Below, piece by piece: positions 8,641-19,067 of a DNA stretch of 41,244 bases (the stretch's first letter is position 1; every line of letters begins with the position of its first letter). Position numbers and translations under genes: made by a program. Under the pieces are notes generated by a model that was not told the origin of the DNA, made no database searches, and saw nothing but the letters and a program-made list of their open reading frames with translations. Source of the DNA: a virus; IMG/VR virus record IMGVR_UViG_3300045988_176248, positions 1 through 41,244 of that record; one strand, given 5' to 3'.

Positions 8641-10431
8641 ATGCCCATTTCTATGAATGAGTTAATTAAACAACTCAATAAAGTAACACCGGCTAGCCAG
8701 CCGGCACAGGCCGGCCAAGCAACCCCAATGCCTGCAGCAACTTCGCTTTGCTCAGCAACACAAGCTAGTCAGCCAGCTAGCCAGCCAAGCAACACGGAAG
8801 CTCCGGCATCTTCGCTGCCTTCATTGCCACCAGCAACTCAATTACCTTCACCTTGTTCGTCATCTCAATTAGACACAAGCCAGCAAACCGCCGTGCGGAA
8901 TATCTGTTCAAGCCAATTAAGCATCCTCACCGGAGCCGCAGGCACAGGCAAGACCTTTACCTTAAAAGCTGTTTTGCAGGAGCTCTTAACTAAGTTCGAT
9001 GCGTCAAGCATCTTCCTCTGCGCTTTCACAGGCAAGGCGGTGCTTAACATCATCAAGTCAATTAAGTCAGACCCTGCCCTAGCACCCTTCATTCCCCAGT
9101 GCCTCACGTTGCACAAGTGGCTGCAATTTGTGCCGGAGTCAATTGAGATACCAGACCCAAGCAAGCCCTGCGGATACCGCCTAAGCCGGCGCTTTGTTCC
9201 GACCTTTAATTCAGCCAACAAGCGAATTGACACAAAGGTGTTAATTATCGATGAGGTGTCAATGGTATCTAACGAGCTAATGCTGCAGACCCTAGCTGCT
9301 TTAGACCTGCACAGCCTACATAAGTTAATTCTCGTTGGGGATATAAATCAACTTCAGCCAGTTATCGGCAAGACAAGCTTGGCTTACTTCGGGGCGCATT
9401 CTGGTTGCTCACTCAATTATCTTACCACTGTGCACCGGCAAGCTGATGGAAATGACATCGTCCAAGCAGCTCACCTCTTCAAGTCAGCCAACCTGCTTGC
9501 CCTGCAACAGGCCATCCAAGCAAAGCAGTTCAAGAACGTCAAGTTCATCAAGGCCGAAAACTACCTTGACCTCTACCGGATTATTGAGTTAATTAACGAG
9601 AAATACCACCTGCGCTTCAATGAACAAGAGGACTGCATTATCACCCCGACTAACATTGGAGCTACTGGACAAGAGGTTCTCAATCAGCGGCTCAACAAGT
9701 ACCTCAACGTAACTAAGCAAGCGGTGCTTTGCGGCGTGACAATTAAGTTATTCGGCGTCGGTGATAACGTGATGTTCACGAAGAACAATTACGAAGACGG
9801 CTACATCAACGGGACAGTAGGCCGCATAATTGAGATGCAACTTAATTCAGACGTGGTGGCTGGCGCCACAAATGCAGCATCAACAGAAACATCAACAACA
9901 GCAGCGCCCTGCGCTCAGCTCAGCCCTGATGAACTCGATAACTTAATTGACCAGTCAGCCCAGCAATCAGCTCAGCAAAGTGATGGGCAGAGCCCATCAG
10001 ATGATGAAGGCTTCTTCTCAAAGAAAGCAAGTCATACGCTGACCATAGAATTCATTGACATCTATGGCACTTTACGTCAAATCAGCTTGAGCACCATAGG
10101 CGAGATAAGTAACTTGCTCCTCGCCAACGCCATCACCTGCTACAAAGCGCAAGGCTCAACGTACAAGCGGTGCATCATCAATTTACTTGACTGGAAAAAT
10201 GGCAACTCAATTAACAACGAGTACGCCTACACTGCCTTGACGCGGGCTTCTGATTTTGCTTGGGTAATCTACAACAAGAGTGGCTTAGCCAAGCTCAAAA
10301 ACCGCCAGCTGGCAGGTTCTTCGGACAAGGAGAAAATTGAGAATCTTATCTCAAGTAACAGCGACAGCGAAACCGCCGCTTACATTGAGGACTTCCTAAG
10401 CAAGTGGCTTAGCGGCACGCCTGCGGCTTAG
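8641..10431 (+). CDS. SF1 DNA helicase (RecD/Dda-like) with a low-complexity N-terminal extension and an internal insert
   Basis: Walker A GAAGTGKTF, Walker B VLIIDEVSMV, LILVGDINQLQPV, TVHRQ, CYKAQGSTY, YTALTRA. The N-terminal ~80 aa are P/S/Q/A-rich. A second low-complexity insert is present (AATNAASTETSTTAAP...SAQQSAQQSDGQSPSDDEG). Confidence 0.9.
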   Translation: MPISMNELIKQLNKVTPASQPAQAGQATPMPAATSLCSATQASQPASQPSNTEAPASSLPSLPPATQLPSPCSSSQLDTSQQTAVRNICSSQLSILTGAAGTGKTFTLKAVLQELLTKFDASSIFLCAFTGKAVLNIIKSIKSDPALAPFIPQCLTLHKWLQFVPESIEIPDPSKPCGYRLSRRFVPTFNSANKRIDTKVLIIDEVSMVSNELMLQTLAALDLHSLHKLILVGDINQLQPVIGKTSLAYFGAHSGCSLNYLTTVHRQADGNDIVQAAHLFKSANLLALQQAIQAKQFKNVKFIKAENYLDLYRIIELINEKYHLRFNEQEDCIITPTNIGATGQEVLNQRLNKYLNVTKQAVLCGVTIKLFGVGDNVMFTKNNYEDGYINGTVGRIIEMQLNSDVVAGATNAASTETSTTAAPCAQLSPDELDNLIDQSAQQSAQQSDGQSPSDDEGFFSKKASHTLTIEFIDIYGTLRQISLSTIGEISNLLLANAITCYKAQGSTYKRCIINLLDWKNGNSINNEYAYTALTRASDFAWVIYNKSGLAKLKNRQLAGSSDKEKIENLISSNSDSETAAYIEDFLSKWLSGTPAA

Positions 10432-10523
10432 CCGAAACAACTACAGCTGCAACAATTGAAACCTAAATAACAGCAACTCAACTAACAACTTTATGCCGTA
10501 AGGCATAATGGAAGGACATTGAA

Positions 10524-11564
10524 ATGAACAACACAATTAGCACTTCATGTGCTTCGCACACTCAAAAGGTAATCCACGTTGAAAGCGGAGCCGAACTTTT
10601 GAAGTTAATTAAGTCAGACTCTCAATTAGCACAGGCAGATGTAATCCGGCTAGTGGAGAAAGCCAACGGATTCTACGCCGCAATTCCACTAGCTGACTTA
10701 CTTGAAGCCTCAACGGCAATTAAGTTGCAGCAAAGCCCCAAGAAGCTCTGTTTCACTGGAAGAGCCAAGTTAAGCTACACCTTCGAGGCCGCCCAGCTGA
10801 AGAACCTAAATCAGGTTCTCGAGTTCCTTAGCTACTCCCTGCAGGACATCACAATTAAAGCGATGAACAATCAAACCGCCGGAGCTTACGCAAACATAAT
10901 TGTCCTCGGAGAACTCACTGTAGCCGGCGAGCATCAGAACTTTCCATTAACTTCAAGTGCCTTACGCCGCAAAGTTATAACAGAGCAGCTTGACTTTCTC
11001 CCTTTCGCTATGTTCAATGCAGCACAGCGCAACCCACTTGACGGCTCTTATCAGAACTTAATTAAGTGGAATTCGGGCATGAGCTTCGAGCAGCAAGCAG
11101 CGAGCCCGCTTGGGACTGTGGACTTAATTATGTTGGAATACAGCGAAACCACCTTGCGTTCTGTCTTGCGCCAAAGGCACTGGGAGGGCTTTGTCTTTTA
11201 TGACTCAAGTAGCTCCTTCATCCCAAGCAAGCGCACGAGCCGGGTCGCCGCCCTGAAGTTCCCCGTGTTTATTCTGGCTCAAGTAACTTCATTCGCTTAC
11301 AACTACACAACGAGGGGCCGAATCATAACTCAAGTAACTTGTTGTACTGCCGAAACCGTGCTACCAGATGGGACTACATTGCCTTCAAAGCGTGTAATCC
11401 TGGGCTCTGGAATCGACGACTTAATGCGCAGTAAGCTCGAGGCCGGCTTTCGGGTTGACCTCTTAATTAAGTGCGAACATGTTAATCGAGATGGCAACCT
11501 AATTAAGCCCGTAATTTCCAGCAAGACTTACATAGATGAAGCTAAGGCAAGTGGTTACGAATAG
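10524..11564 (+). CDS. Hypothetical protein in the replication module
   Basis: 346-aa ORF with SD ggaagga. No recognisable motif. Confidence 0.7.
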   Translation: MNNTISTSCASHTQKVIHVESGAELLKLIKSDSQLAQADVIRLVEKANGFYAAIPLADLLEASTAIKLQQSPKKLCFTGRAKLSYTFEAAQLKNLNQVLEFLSYSLQDITIKAMNNQTAGAYANIIVLGELTVAGEHQNFPLTSSALRRKVITEQLDFLPFAMFNAAQRNPLDGSYQNLIKWNSGMSFEQQAASPLGTVDLIMLEYSETTLRSVLRQRHWEGFVFYDSSSSFIPSKRTSRVAALKFPVFILAQVTSFAYNYTTRGRIITQVTCCTAETVLPDGTTLPSKRVILGSGIDDLMRSKLEAGFRVDLLIKCEHVNRDGNLIKPVISSKTYIDEAKASGYE

Positions 11565-11670
11565 CGATGCTAGCGCATAGCAAGTAACTTCAACAACATA
11601 ACACCAGTAACAATTCACTCAATTCACAAACGTGGCTTTAGTCACTAGCCTCACTGAAAGGACAATTAAG

Positions 11671-12312
11671 ATGACAACAATAACAAGATATTCCAAGCCG
11701 GCTTCCAGAAGAAGCCGTCAAGCAACTTCCAAGTCAAGCAAGTTCACCCAGCGGAAAGCCACCCCAAGTATCCCAAATTCCGTCAGACTAGCCGAAGAAG
11801 TTAAAGCATACAGGAAAGCTAAGCTGGCCTTTCGCGTTTACGCTTCAATGGGCGATTTTTCCAAGGCACTCAAGGAACTTATGAAACTCAATGAAATCAC
11901 TCGCTTCTCCGTGCACCCAGCTATCACAGGCAGCGGCCCAGAGGGTGCTTGCTTCAGTAAGTACCCCGGCAGATGGACTCAAGGAATGCTCAAGCTGATT
12001 CCAGCGAAAGAGTTAATTAATTTCCAACTTGAACACCGCTCTAAAATCTGCTTTGGAAACATCAAGATAATTGACTCTCACCTGAAACAGCGGCGCCACA
12101 AAATCGTTTACAACTTAATTGCCTCGGAGAAACTCAAGCTAACTCGAAGGGAGCTTAGCCACTACATTCACGAGTGCCTTGCACAGCAGCCCTATAGCTA
12201 CCCCCTTTGTTTCTTCGCTGATTGGGAAATCAAAGTTAATTGGGTTGAACAGACCATTGAGGGCACAAGTGGCAAAGCCGAAGCCGCAGGCGAGGCCGCC
12301 CATGCCGATTAA
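11671..12312 (+). CDS. Hypothetical protein with a basic N-terminus
   Basis: The ORF track begins at a GTG (11632). The ATG at 11671 has SD gaaaggacaattaagATG, like neighbouring genes. N-terminus RYSKPASRRSRQATSKSSKFTQRK. Confidence 0.65.
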   Translation: MTTITRYSKPASRRSRQATSKSSKFTQRKATPSIPNSVRLAEEVKAYRKAKLAFRVYASMGDFSKALKELMKLNEITRFSVHPAITGSGPEGACFSKYPGRWTQGMLKLIPAKELINFQLEHRSKICFGNIKIIDSHLKQRRHKIVYNLIASEKLKLTRRELSHYIHECLAQQPYSYPLCFFADWEIKVNWVEQTIEGTSGKAEAAGEAAHAD

Positions 12313-12520
12313 GTTAAAAGAAGTTAAGCGACATATCAAGTTAATTGAGCGTCGCCAAGAGCAGCCCTTTAAGATAGTTATAACATTTAGCCGCAATGGA
12401 CTTATAACGCGGCAGGAACTTCATTCAGTCAAAGATTTTGTTTACTTATACTTTGATTTGATGTATAATAACAACGGAATAATCAACCTTTACATAGAGG
12501 AAACAAACGGAAATGATTAG
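12302..12520 (+). CDS. Small hypothetical protein (72 aa)
   Basis: The internal ATG at 12302 overlaps the stop of the previous gene (12312). The longer track ORF from 12179 would lie out of frame inside the previous gene. Confidence 0.45.
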   Translation: MPIKLKEVKRHIKLIERRQEQPFKIVITFSRNGLITRQELHSVKDFVYLYFDLMYNNNGIINLYIEETNGND

Positions 12521-13115
12521 CTTAAACGAATTACTTAACACACTGCCAGCTGGCGGCCCTGCGGTGACTAGCGCATCATTAAATGCTGAAAGCAAAGCAG
12601 AAGAGCCGAAGGCTCCGAAGGAAGAAGTCAATTTATTGAATGCACCTATCAACGCAGTCCAATCAGCTCAAGTGTGGTCAACTGACCTCACGGCGCTGGC
12701 CAACTTTGAAGACTCAATTGACTATATGGACCGCATTGAGGCGATGCCGCCACTGGCTGACTTAATTGACCTATATTCCAAGGAAGCGGCCGACGCGGCC
12801 TTGCAACTTAACAGCGAGCAAAGCGAGCTCCTTACTTTAGTTCACAATGAGCTCAGTAAGATAGAAGAGTCAATCGACTTGAAGCAAATAGACACCTCAG
12901 TGAGTGCTATAATGGAGCGGCTTCAGGAGAATCCCGAGGTTCTGAACTGCGTCCAACCTAAGGATATGCGTATCTTAATTAACTCATTCGACCGCTTGTA
13001 CGCCACGAAGTCGGCAGTTAGTTCAGCGCGCAAAGAAAAAGCGGCCGAAAAACGGAGCAACAAAGCCAAGCAACTTGCATTTTTGGAGGACTTAGACAAT
13101 GAACTCGACATCTAA
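12513..13115 (+). CDS. Hypothetical acidic protein
   Basis: 200-aa ORF whose ATG overlaps the upstream stop (ATGATTAG). SD gaggaa. D/E-rich. Confidence 0.65.
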   Translation: MISLNELLNTLPAGGPAVTSASLNAESKAEEPKAPKEEVNLLNAPINAVQSAQVWSTDLTALANFEDSIDYMDRIEAMPPLADLIDLYSKEAADAALQLNSEQSELLTLVHNELSKIEESIDLKQIDTSVSAIMERLQENPEVLNCVQPKDMRILINSFDRLYATKSAVSSARKEKAAEKRSNKAKQLAFLEDLDNELDI

Positions 13116-13944
13116 AATCGCACAAGGTGCACAGAGTGCACAACACAGTTCCAACATTAGCAACACACTCAAGCTAAGCGCGGTAGGAGAAAACAACCTA
13201 ATGGACTACTGCGGCGCCACGCTGATTCCAGTAATTGAGCATCACATAGCAAGCAACCCCGGCGCCCAGCGCCTTTACGTCGAAGTTGCTTTAAGCCACT
13301 ATTACGCTCTTAGCACCATTGACATGATAAAGCAATATATCAACAAACATTTAACCAGTTCAGTAAGTTGGCGAATCAAGGCCGTCGATTACCGCGAGGC
13401 CGCTTTTCTGCTCTCGCTGTTAATTATGCCGGTTGAAGTCAAGCAAGCTTCAAAGGAAGAAACTGATTCAATTAAAGCAAAGAGTCAATTAGTGGAATAC
13501 AAGAAAGCAACTTCAGCTAGCGCTCACAGTAGCCGTAAGGCTACCTGTTGGAGATGGTGCAACAAGGTAATTAACATCAATGGCTCATTCGCCACATTGG
13601 AACACAAGCTTCTTATAGCAGTCAACGAGGCCGAAGCTGATGGCTTCGTGGCAATTAACTGTACCTGCTTAATTGACCCCGCAATTTGGCCCGAGGCTCC
13701 GGAGGCCCAGCCCAAGCTCGAGCGTCAATTTAGAACCGAACTTAATCGAGCCGTTAGAAAAACGCCTCTGAAGTATGCACGATTACAATTTGTTAAGGAG
13801 AATCACATAATCAAGTTCTCATTAACTCCAAGAGTTCGTTGGGTTAAGTGCTGCATTTGCGGCGAATTGAAACCTCAGGAAGAATTCGGGCCGGCTAAGA
13901 CTATCTGTCTTAATTGTCTTGAAGTAATGGAGGCATCTGAATGA
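13099..13944 (+). CDS. Hypothetical protein with a C-terminal zinc ribbon
   Basis: 281-aa ORF with SD ggagga. C-terminal CCICGELKPQEEFGPAKTICLNC (CxxC-N14-CxxC). Confidence 0.7.
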   Translation: MNSTSKIAQGAQSAQHSSNISNTLKLSAVGENNLMDYCGATLIPVIEHHIASNPGAQRLYVEVALSHYYALSTIDMIKQYINKHLTSSVSWRIKAVDYREAAFLLSLLIMPVEVKQASKEETDSIKAKSQLVEYKKATSASAHSSRKATCWRWCNKVININGSFATLEHKLLIAVNEAEADGFVAINCTCLIDPAIWPEAPEAQPKLERQFRTELNRAVRKTPLKYARLQFVKENHIIKFSLTPRVRWVKCCICGELKPQEEFGPAKTICLNCLEVMEASE

Positions 13945-14930
13945 GCAACATAACAGATGAAAGCAACGAGGTGCAAAACAGCTCTCCAAGCTGCAAGACA
14001 ATTTCAATTAGCTACAGCTCCCTCGGTAGCTTTGGAAATTGCCCGATGCGCTTTGTCCTAAGCAAGTGCAGTAACTTCGAAGTTCCGAGGCGCAGCTCGG
14101 CAGCTTCGTTAATTGGCACAGCTATCCACGAAGCCTTCCAGTTCTACCTCATCACAAGGAGCTTCGATGGAGCAGTCAAGGTGCTTATGTTGAAGTACCC
14201 AATTAAGTTGAAGAAAGCGATGCAGGGCAATTACCACTTCCTCACGGCCTACCGCATTTTGAGGGAGCTTGTTAATTGGTTCGAGCAGGGCACATACGAC
14301 TTACTTTACATCAACGAGAAACCGGCCATTGAGTTCAAGGTTGATACAACGTACTTAATTGAACACACAGATAAGTTGCGAGGCAACAGAGAAGTTGAGT
14401 TGGATGAAGTCAATTATATCGGCTTCATTGATGCCATCTTCATTGACCGCTCAACCGGTGAAATCGTCGTCTGTGACATTAAGACCTCGTCAACTACCAG
14501 CTCTGAGGAAGAGGAGATAAGTAAGTATGCCCTAAGCCCGCAAACTGTTGAATACGTAACTAACATATTGAACTTACTTGGGTTCGACCAGCAAGAAGCG
14601 GCCTCGCTTATCTCATCAATCAAAGTCCTTTACTTAATCTGCCGGTTCAAAGGAACAGAATATGCAATTAATCCGCTGTTCCTAAGTAAGACCCCAGAGT
14701 GCGTTGACAACCTGATGAACGGGCTGCGGCAAGTTGTAAGGTTAATTGAGTCGAATGGCCTAAGCACAGCAAACTACTACAAAAGCGGCAATTGTGTTAC
14801 CTATGGAAACCGCTGCCCGTTTTTTGAGTGGTGTCAATCAGGTGCTGTATGTCAATTAACTCTTCAACAGGCCGAAGACCCAAGGAGAGCATATAGCACT
14901 AAGAAGATAATTAAAGTGCTTGAAGTTTAA
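13941..14930 (+). CDS. PD-(D/E)XK exonuclease, Cas4/RecB-like with Fe-S cysteines
   Basis: GFIDAIFIDRSTGEIVVCDIKTS matches the D...(D/E)xK core. N-terminal Cys in GNCPMRF plus a C-terminal Cys cluster CVTYGNRCPFFEWC, as in Cas4/AddB-type nucleases. ATGA start-stop overlap with the upstream gene. Confidence 0.85.
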   Translation: MSNITDESNEVQNSSPSCKTISISYSSLGSFGNCPMRFVLSKCSNFEVPRRSSAASLIGTAIHEAFQFYLITRSFDGAVKVLMLKYPIKLKKAMQGNYHFLTAYRILRELVNWFEQGTYDLLYINEKPAIEFKVDTTYLIEHTDKLRGNREVELDEVNYIGFIDAIFIDRSTGEIVVCDIKTSSTTSSEEEEISKYALSPQTVEYVTNILNLLGFDQQEAASLISSIKVLYLICRFKGTEYAINPLFLSKTPECVDNLMNGLRQVVRLIESNGLSTANYYKSGNCVTYGNRCPFFEWCQSGAVCQLTLQQAEDPRRAYSTKKIIKVLEV

Positions 14931-14985
14931 CAACAAAGTGGCACTTAAGTGCCTTGGATTAATTTAACGAACGAAGTGAGTTAAA

Positions 14986-15942
14986 ATGAAATTGAGTGAA
15001 TATCTTAATAAAAAACCAGTCGTAAAAGTCCTTTGCTTTGGCGAGGGCAAGACCGGCAAGACAACCTTTGTTACTGATGTCTTCAACTTAATTGACAAAG
15101 GTTACCATATCATCTACATTGACTGCGACAAGTCAATGAACATCATCTTCAACCAAGCGGCCAAGTTCAAGCATCTTGATAAAGTCGACTACTTTCAGCT
15201 TCGCGACGAGCAGCACATCACAATCTTGCCATTCGTCAATGCACTGATAAGCAAGTGCGACTTCTACTACAACGAACATACTGGAGAAGTGGTCAACGAT
15301 GCAAGGTTGCTTAAGAACAGGAGTCAATTTACTTGCATTCACGCAAGCCGCATTGATGAACATACAATCATAATCCTCGACTCGCTTACAGCTTTTGCGG
15401 AAAGTATGTTCAATAAGTTAAGGGAGAAACAGCTGTATGTAATGGGTAGCTTTGATAAGGATAAGCTCTACAACGGTCAAGTACAGCAGTACTACGGAGT
15501 GCTCTCAACGGAGTTCTTTGAGTTCCTTGACAGGCTAAGCAACTTAGCGGCCTCGGTATTCGTGATTTCACATACCAAGACAGTCGAGAGGAAGAATAAG
15601 GCCGGTGAGGTAATTGAGCGAAAAATTTACCCACTGTCAACTACCATTAATGCATCAGAGGCGCTAAGTAAGTACTTCGACGAATGCTTGTACTTCTACT
15701 CAAGGGCCGGCAAGTATTATGTTTCAGCTCAAGCAACTTCAGAAGTTTGCGGCATCGGAGGGCGGCAGCTTGAGCCCAAAATTTACCAGTCGAGTGAATT
15801 AACTCCCAGTGTAATCCTCCAGAAGTACAACCACCGATTAGATGAAGCGCCGATTCACGACATCAAGTTAATTGAGTCTGAAACTCCGGAGCCGGCTTCG
15901 AACTCCGTGATTGCATTAACTTCAAACAAGCTAACCATCTAA
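14986..15942 (+). CDS. P-loop ATPase, AAA_24/Sak4 (RecA-like) type
   Basis: Walker A VLCFGEGKTGKTTF and Walker B IIILDSLT. Size and neighbourhood (nuclease, SSB-like protein, polymerase) fit phage recombination/replication ATPases. Confidence 0.7.
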   Translation: MKLSEYLNKKPVVKVLCFGEGKTGKTTFVTDVFNLIDKGYHIIYIDCDKSMNIIFNQAAKFKHLDKVDYFQLRDEQHITILPFVNALISKCDFYYNEHTGEVVNDARLLKNRSQFTCIHASRIDEHTIIILDSLTAFAESMFNKLREKQLYVMGSFDKDKLYNGQVQQYYGVLSTEFFEFLDRLSNLAASVFVISHTKTVERKNKAGEVIERKIYPLSTTINASEALSKYFDECLYFYSRAGKYYVSAQATSEVCGIGGRQLEPKIYQSSELTPSVILQKYNHRLDEAPIHDIKLIESETPEPASNSVIALTSNKLTI

Positions 15943-15949
15943 CCCCTTC

Positions 15950-15981
15950 TTGATTGAGATGCGATTCAGCATCTCAATCAA
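15950..15981 (+). other. Strong 13-bp stem-loop between the ATPase and SSB-like genes, with no U-tract
   Basis: ttgattgagatgc (15950-15962), loop gattca, gcatctcaatcaa (15969-15981). Perfect complementarity. Confidence 0.6.
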
Positions 15982-16048
15982 ATATGCACTACATTAAGTG
16001 CACCTCAATAAATTAACATTAACCTATAAGTAAAGAAAGGAATTTACT

Positions 16049-16501
16049 ATGAGCAATGAAATCAATTTCTTGGACGTCAACTCTAATGAAGTTAAGGAAG
16101 TATCCACTAACTTTGTGTGGCCGAAAGGCACTTATGCACTTAAATTGGAAGAAGTTAAGCAGGTTGACAACGAAACCAGCAGCCGAATTGTCTTTTTCTT
16201 CGTAATTGAGGACGCCGCAGATGTTAGCAGCTCAATGGACATCTCCAAGATAATTGGCAAGAAAATGGTCTATAGCATGCCTATCTTCAACCAGACTCCT
16301 GAAGATATTGCCGAAAGTTTGGGTAAAGTAAAATATGCTATCCTGAACTCTGGGGCCAACAAAGACACTCAAGGAACTTTGATGGACTTAATTAACTCGG
16401 CAATCGGCCAGGTTACTTGGCACAAGGTTTTCGAGCAGAATGGTAAAGATGGCGTAACCAGAAACCAGATTGACTGGACCGAGTTCAAACCGAAAGCTTA
16501 A
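16049..16501 (+). CDS. Hypothetical protein, possibly an ssDNA-binding protein (by position only)
   Basis: 150-aa acidic ORF with SD gaaaggaatttactATG, between the AAA_24-type ATPase and the DNA polymerase. Confidence 0.35.
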   Translation: MSNEINFLDVNSNEVKEVSTNFVWPKGTYALKLEEVKQVDNETSSRIVFFFVIEDAADVSSSMDISKIIGKKMVYSMPIFNQTPEDIAESLGKVKYAILNSGANKDTQGTLMDLINSAIGQVTWHKVFEQNGKDGVTRNQIDWTEFKPKA

Positions 16502-16539
16502 CATCTACAAAAGCCTTTGAGCACTTCAAAACAAATAAG

Positions 16540-16563
16540 GTGGGTGGGCTTCGGCTCACCCAC
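16540..16563 (+). other. 10-bp stem with a UUCG tetraloop upstream of the polymerase gene (attenuator or RNA-stability hairpin)
   Basis: gtgggtgggc - ttcg - gctcacccac, with one G-U pair. The downstream sequence is only moderately T-rich. Confidence 0.5.
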
Positions 16564-16609
16564 TCAATTAACTTATCTAGTTTCAACCTCGTAAATCGGG
16601 TATAATAAG

Positions 16610-19066
16610 ATGATTATCTTAAACATTAACTCTCATGATTCAGCCAACCGCATGCTTGGGCAGATGTTAATTAACTCAGCCGCGAAATTCGGCCTACCTA
16701 AGCCAGCGGTCAAAATCCTAACTGGTGCTAATCAGGTTACCAAGTTCATTAACAAGGAGGCACTTTTAGGCCTCAAGGAAACCATCTTCATAACAGATGA
16801 TATTAAGTATGCTAGCAACCACAAGAAGCCACACTTCTGCCAAGGGGAAGTTACTTCACTCGAGGCCGAAAATAGCTTCGTTATCTACTTGAGTTGCAAA
16901 GAGATAAGTAGCTTCTTCAACCCAGCTAGCCGCATTCATTATGAGCACATCTGTGAAAAGGCTGTGTTACTTAACTACCACTTATTGCCGAAATTTAATT
17001 TCACATATAAGCCAATTTACAGCACGGCCGAATTTCGGCTCTTCGTTGAGTGGCTTACAAATAGTTCAGCAAACTGTATGTGGCTAATTGGATGCGACAT
17101 TGAAACCAGCAACTCACTTATCACCTGCATCTCATACACCATCATCAATTTAACAAAGCCGCAGGCCCCACTAAGTTTCTGCGTGGACTTAATTGAGTAT
17201 GCCTCAGGAAACCGCCTCGGTGAATCCAACATTCAGGTGTACCTTGAGAAACTCGTCTTAATTAAAAAGTTGCACAGCAACACCGCCATTAGGTTTGTTT
17301 TCCACAACGGAACCTATGACAATTCGTACTTAATTAAGTATAGCTGCCCAGCTTGGGCTTATAGGTGGGACACTCAGTATCTCTTCTACTCAATGCACTC
17401 CCTGAGTCGCAAAGCTCTGTGGCACGTAAGCAGCTCGGTCAACCCAATGTACAAGTATTGGAAAGAGGAGATTAGAGGCGGTGAAGAAGATGACCTTGAT
17501 GTTAAGGAAAGCGGAATGCCGCATACAGTTGATGGATACAAGCGCTACTTGCGTTACTGCGCCCTCGATTCATTCCAGACGCTAACTAACTTGTTTTATA
17601 TGTTGCAGTTAATTAACTTCCACTACAAGTGGGCACCCCGCAACTACGGCCAGATTCAGCGCTTGAACTTAATCTATATGGAAATGCAATTCCACTCATT
17701 TCCTGTTGACCGCGAGCACTTAACCCAGATTATTCAGGGGAAGTCAATTAAGTCCAACAAGGTAAAAGCACTCTTCGAGTATATCTTCGCTGACGCCCTG
17801 CCTAACTTCAACATCAACAGCGTGGTAAGTAAGCGGAAAATCTTTTACGACTTACTTAAAGCCGACCCCGTCGGAGGGGCTCTGAGCACGGACGCCGACA
17901 CATTAAGTCAGCTGGCTAAACAGCACCCGTTAATTGAGTGGTTCGCAAACAAGCTCAAGGAATACCAAGAGAATAATAAGTTTGTAAGTGACTTTGGGAA
18001 GCTACTTAACACCAGCTCAATCAGCTGCAAGCTTAACGCCACCGGCACAATTACCTCGAGAGCCAACGCCAAGGCAACGGACTTCAACAAAGGTCGCAAT
18101 TTACAGAACATCACGGCCGAAATTCGAGAAGCTTTTGTTGCGCCGCAAGGCTACTTAATTGCCGACATCGATTACAGTCAAGCAGATACCTATTTTGTGG
18201 CCGCTTCAACGGACGAGAAGATGTTTCAGGTAGTTACTGATGACAGAGATACGCACGCTGTTCACGCAAGTCAGGTATTCGGAATCCCTTACGAAGAGGT
18301 GCTGGCGCACAAAGGAGATAAGCATAGCGCAAGGAAACTCGTGAAGCCAATTAGCCACGGCGGCAACTACTTCATGACAGCGAGAACGATGTATGCAAGG
18401 CTATTAACTGAAATCGGCACAACGGGACTTCAGCAGATGGCCGAGCGGCTCGGTCTGCCCAAACCCAAATTAACAAAGGACTTCATTAAGTTATGCGAAA
18501 TTGCGCTTCACAGATACAGGGCGCAGTATCCGAAGTTACTTCACTGGCACTACACCCTCTACGGCGAGCAGACGGCGAACCAAGGACTCATCTCAACAGC
18601 CTTCGGATTCACCACGTGGTTCCCAATTAAGATGGATAAAGAGAAAGTCGATGGAGTCTTACGGCAAATTGCCGCTTACAAAGGGCAGGGTGGAACGGCT
18701 GGCTTAATGAACCGCTTCTTAGTCAACACTTACTTCGAGGGCCGCTCTCAGGAATTTGACTCAATGGAGTATCCTGAATATGGGAAGTTAATGAAAGAAG
18801 CTCTGAATGCCAGCGACTTCATACCTGTAGTTCAGGTGCATGACTCCATTGTCTTCTTTATCCGCGAAACACGGCTTCAACTCCTTGACGCAATTATGAA
18901 GCAGATGATGGCACCAATTAACTACAACGGCCACAAGTTCCACGTACCGGTGGAATGTGAAGTAGGCCGCTTTTGGTCGAAGCGGTTAATGAGCTCGTAC
19001 AAGTTAGGCGACTTCGAAAATTTCGACCTGAATAAATTACACACTCTAGAAGAAAGGATTTTATAA
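16610..19066 (+). CDS. Family A DNA polymerase with a 3'-5' proofreading exonuclease domain
   Basis: ExoI GCDIETS, ExoII FHNGTYDNSYL, ExoIII YCALD. Pol motif A DIDYSQADTY, motif B RKLVKPISHGGNYFMT, motif C VVQVHDSIVF. Confidence 0.95.
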   Translation: MIILNINSHDSANRMLGQMLINSAAKFGLPKPAVKILTGANQVTKFINKEALLGLKETIFITDDIKYASNHKKPHFCQGEVTSLEAENSFVIYLSCKEISSFFNPASRIHYEHICEKAVLLNYHLLPKFNFTYKPIYSTAEFRLFVEWLTNSSANCMWLIGCDIETSNSLITCISYTIINLTKPQAPLSFCVDLIEYASGNRLGESNIQVYLEKLVLIKKLHSNTAIRFVFHNGTYDNSYLIKYSCPAWAYRWDTQYLFYSMHSLSRKALWHVSSSVNPMYKYWKEEIRGGEEDDLDVKESGMPHTVDGYKRYLRYCALDSFQTLTNLFYMLQLINFHYKWAPRNYGQIQRLNLIYMEMQFHSFPVDREHLTQIIQGKSIKSNKVKALFEYIFADALPNFNINSVVSKRKIFYDLLKADPVGGALSTDADTLSQLAKQHPLIEWFANKLKEYQENNKFVSDFGKLLNTSSISCKLNATGTITSRANAKATDFNKGRNLQNITAEIREAFVAPQGYLIADIDYSQADTYFVAASTDEKMFQVVTDDRDTHAVHASQVFGIPYEEVLAHKGDKHSARKLVKPISHGGNYFMTARTMYARLLTEIGTTGLQQMAERLGLPKPKLTKDFIKLCEIALHRYRAQYPKLLHWHYTLYGEQTANQGLISTAFGFTTWFPIKMDKEKVDGVLRQIAAYKGQGGTAGLMNRFLVNTYFEGRSQEFDSMEYPEYGKLMKEALNASDFIPVVQVHDSIVFFIRETRLQLLDAIMKQMMAPINYNGHKFHVPVECEVGRFWSKRLMSSYKLGDFENFDLNKLHTLEERIL

Positions 19067-19067
19067 A

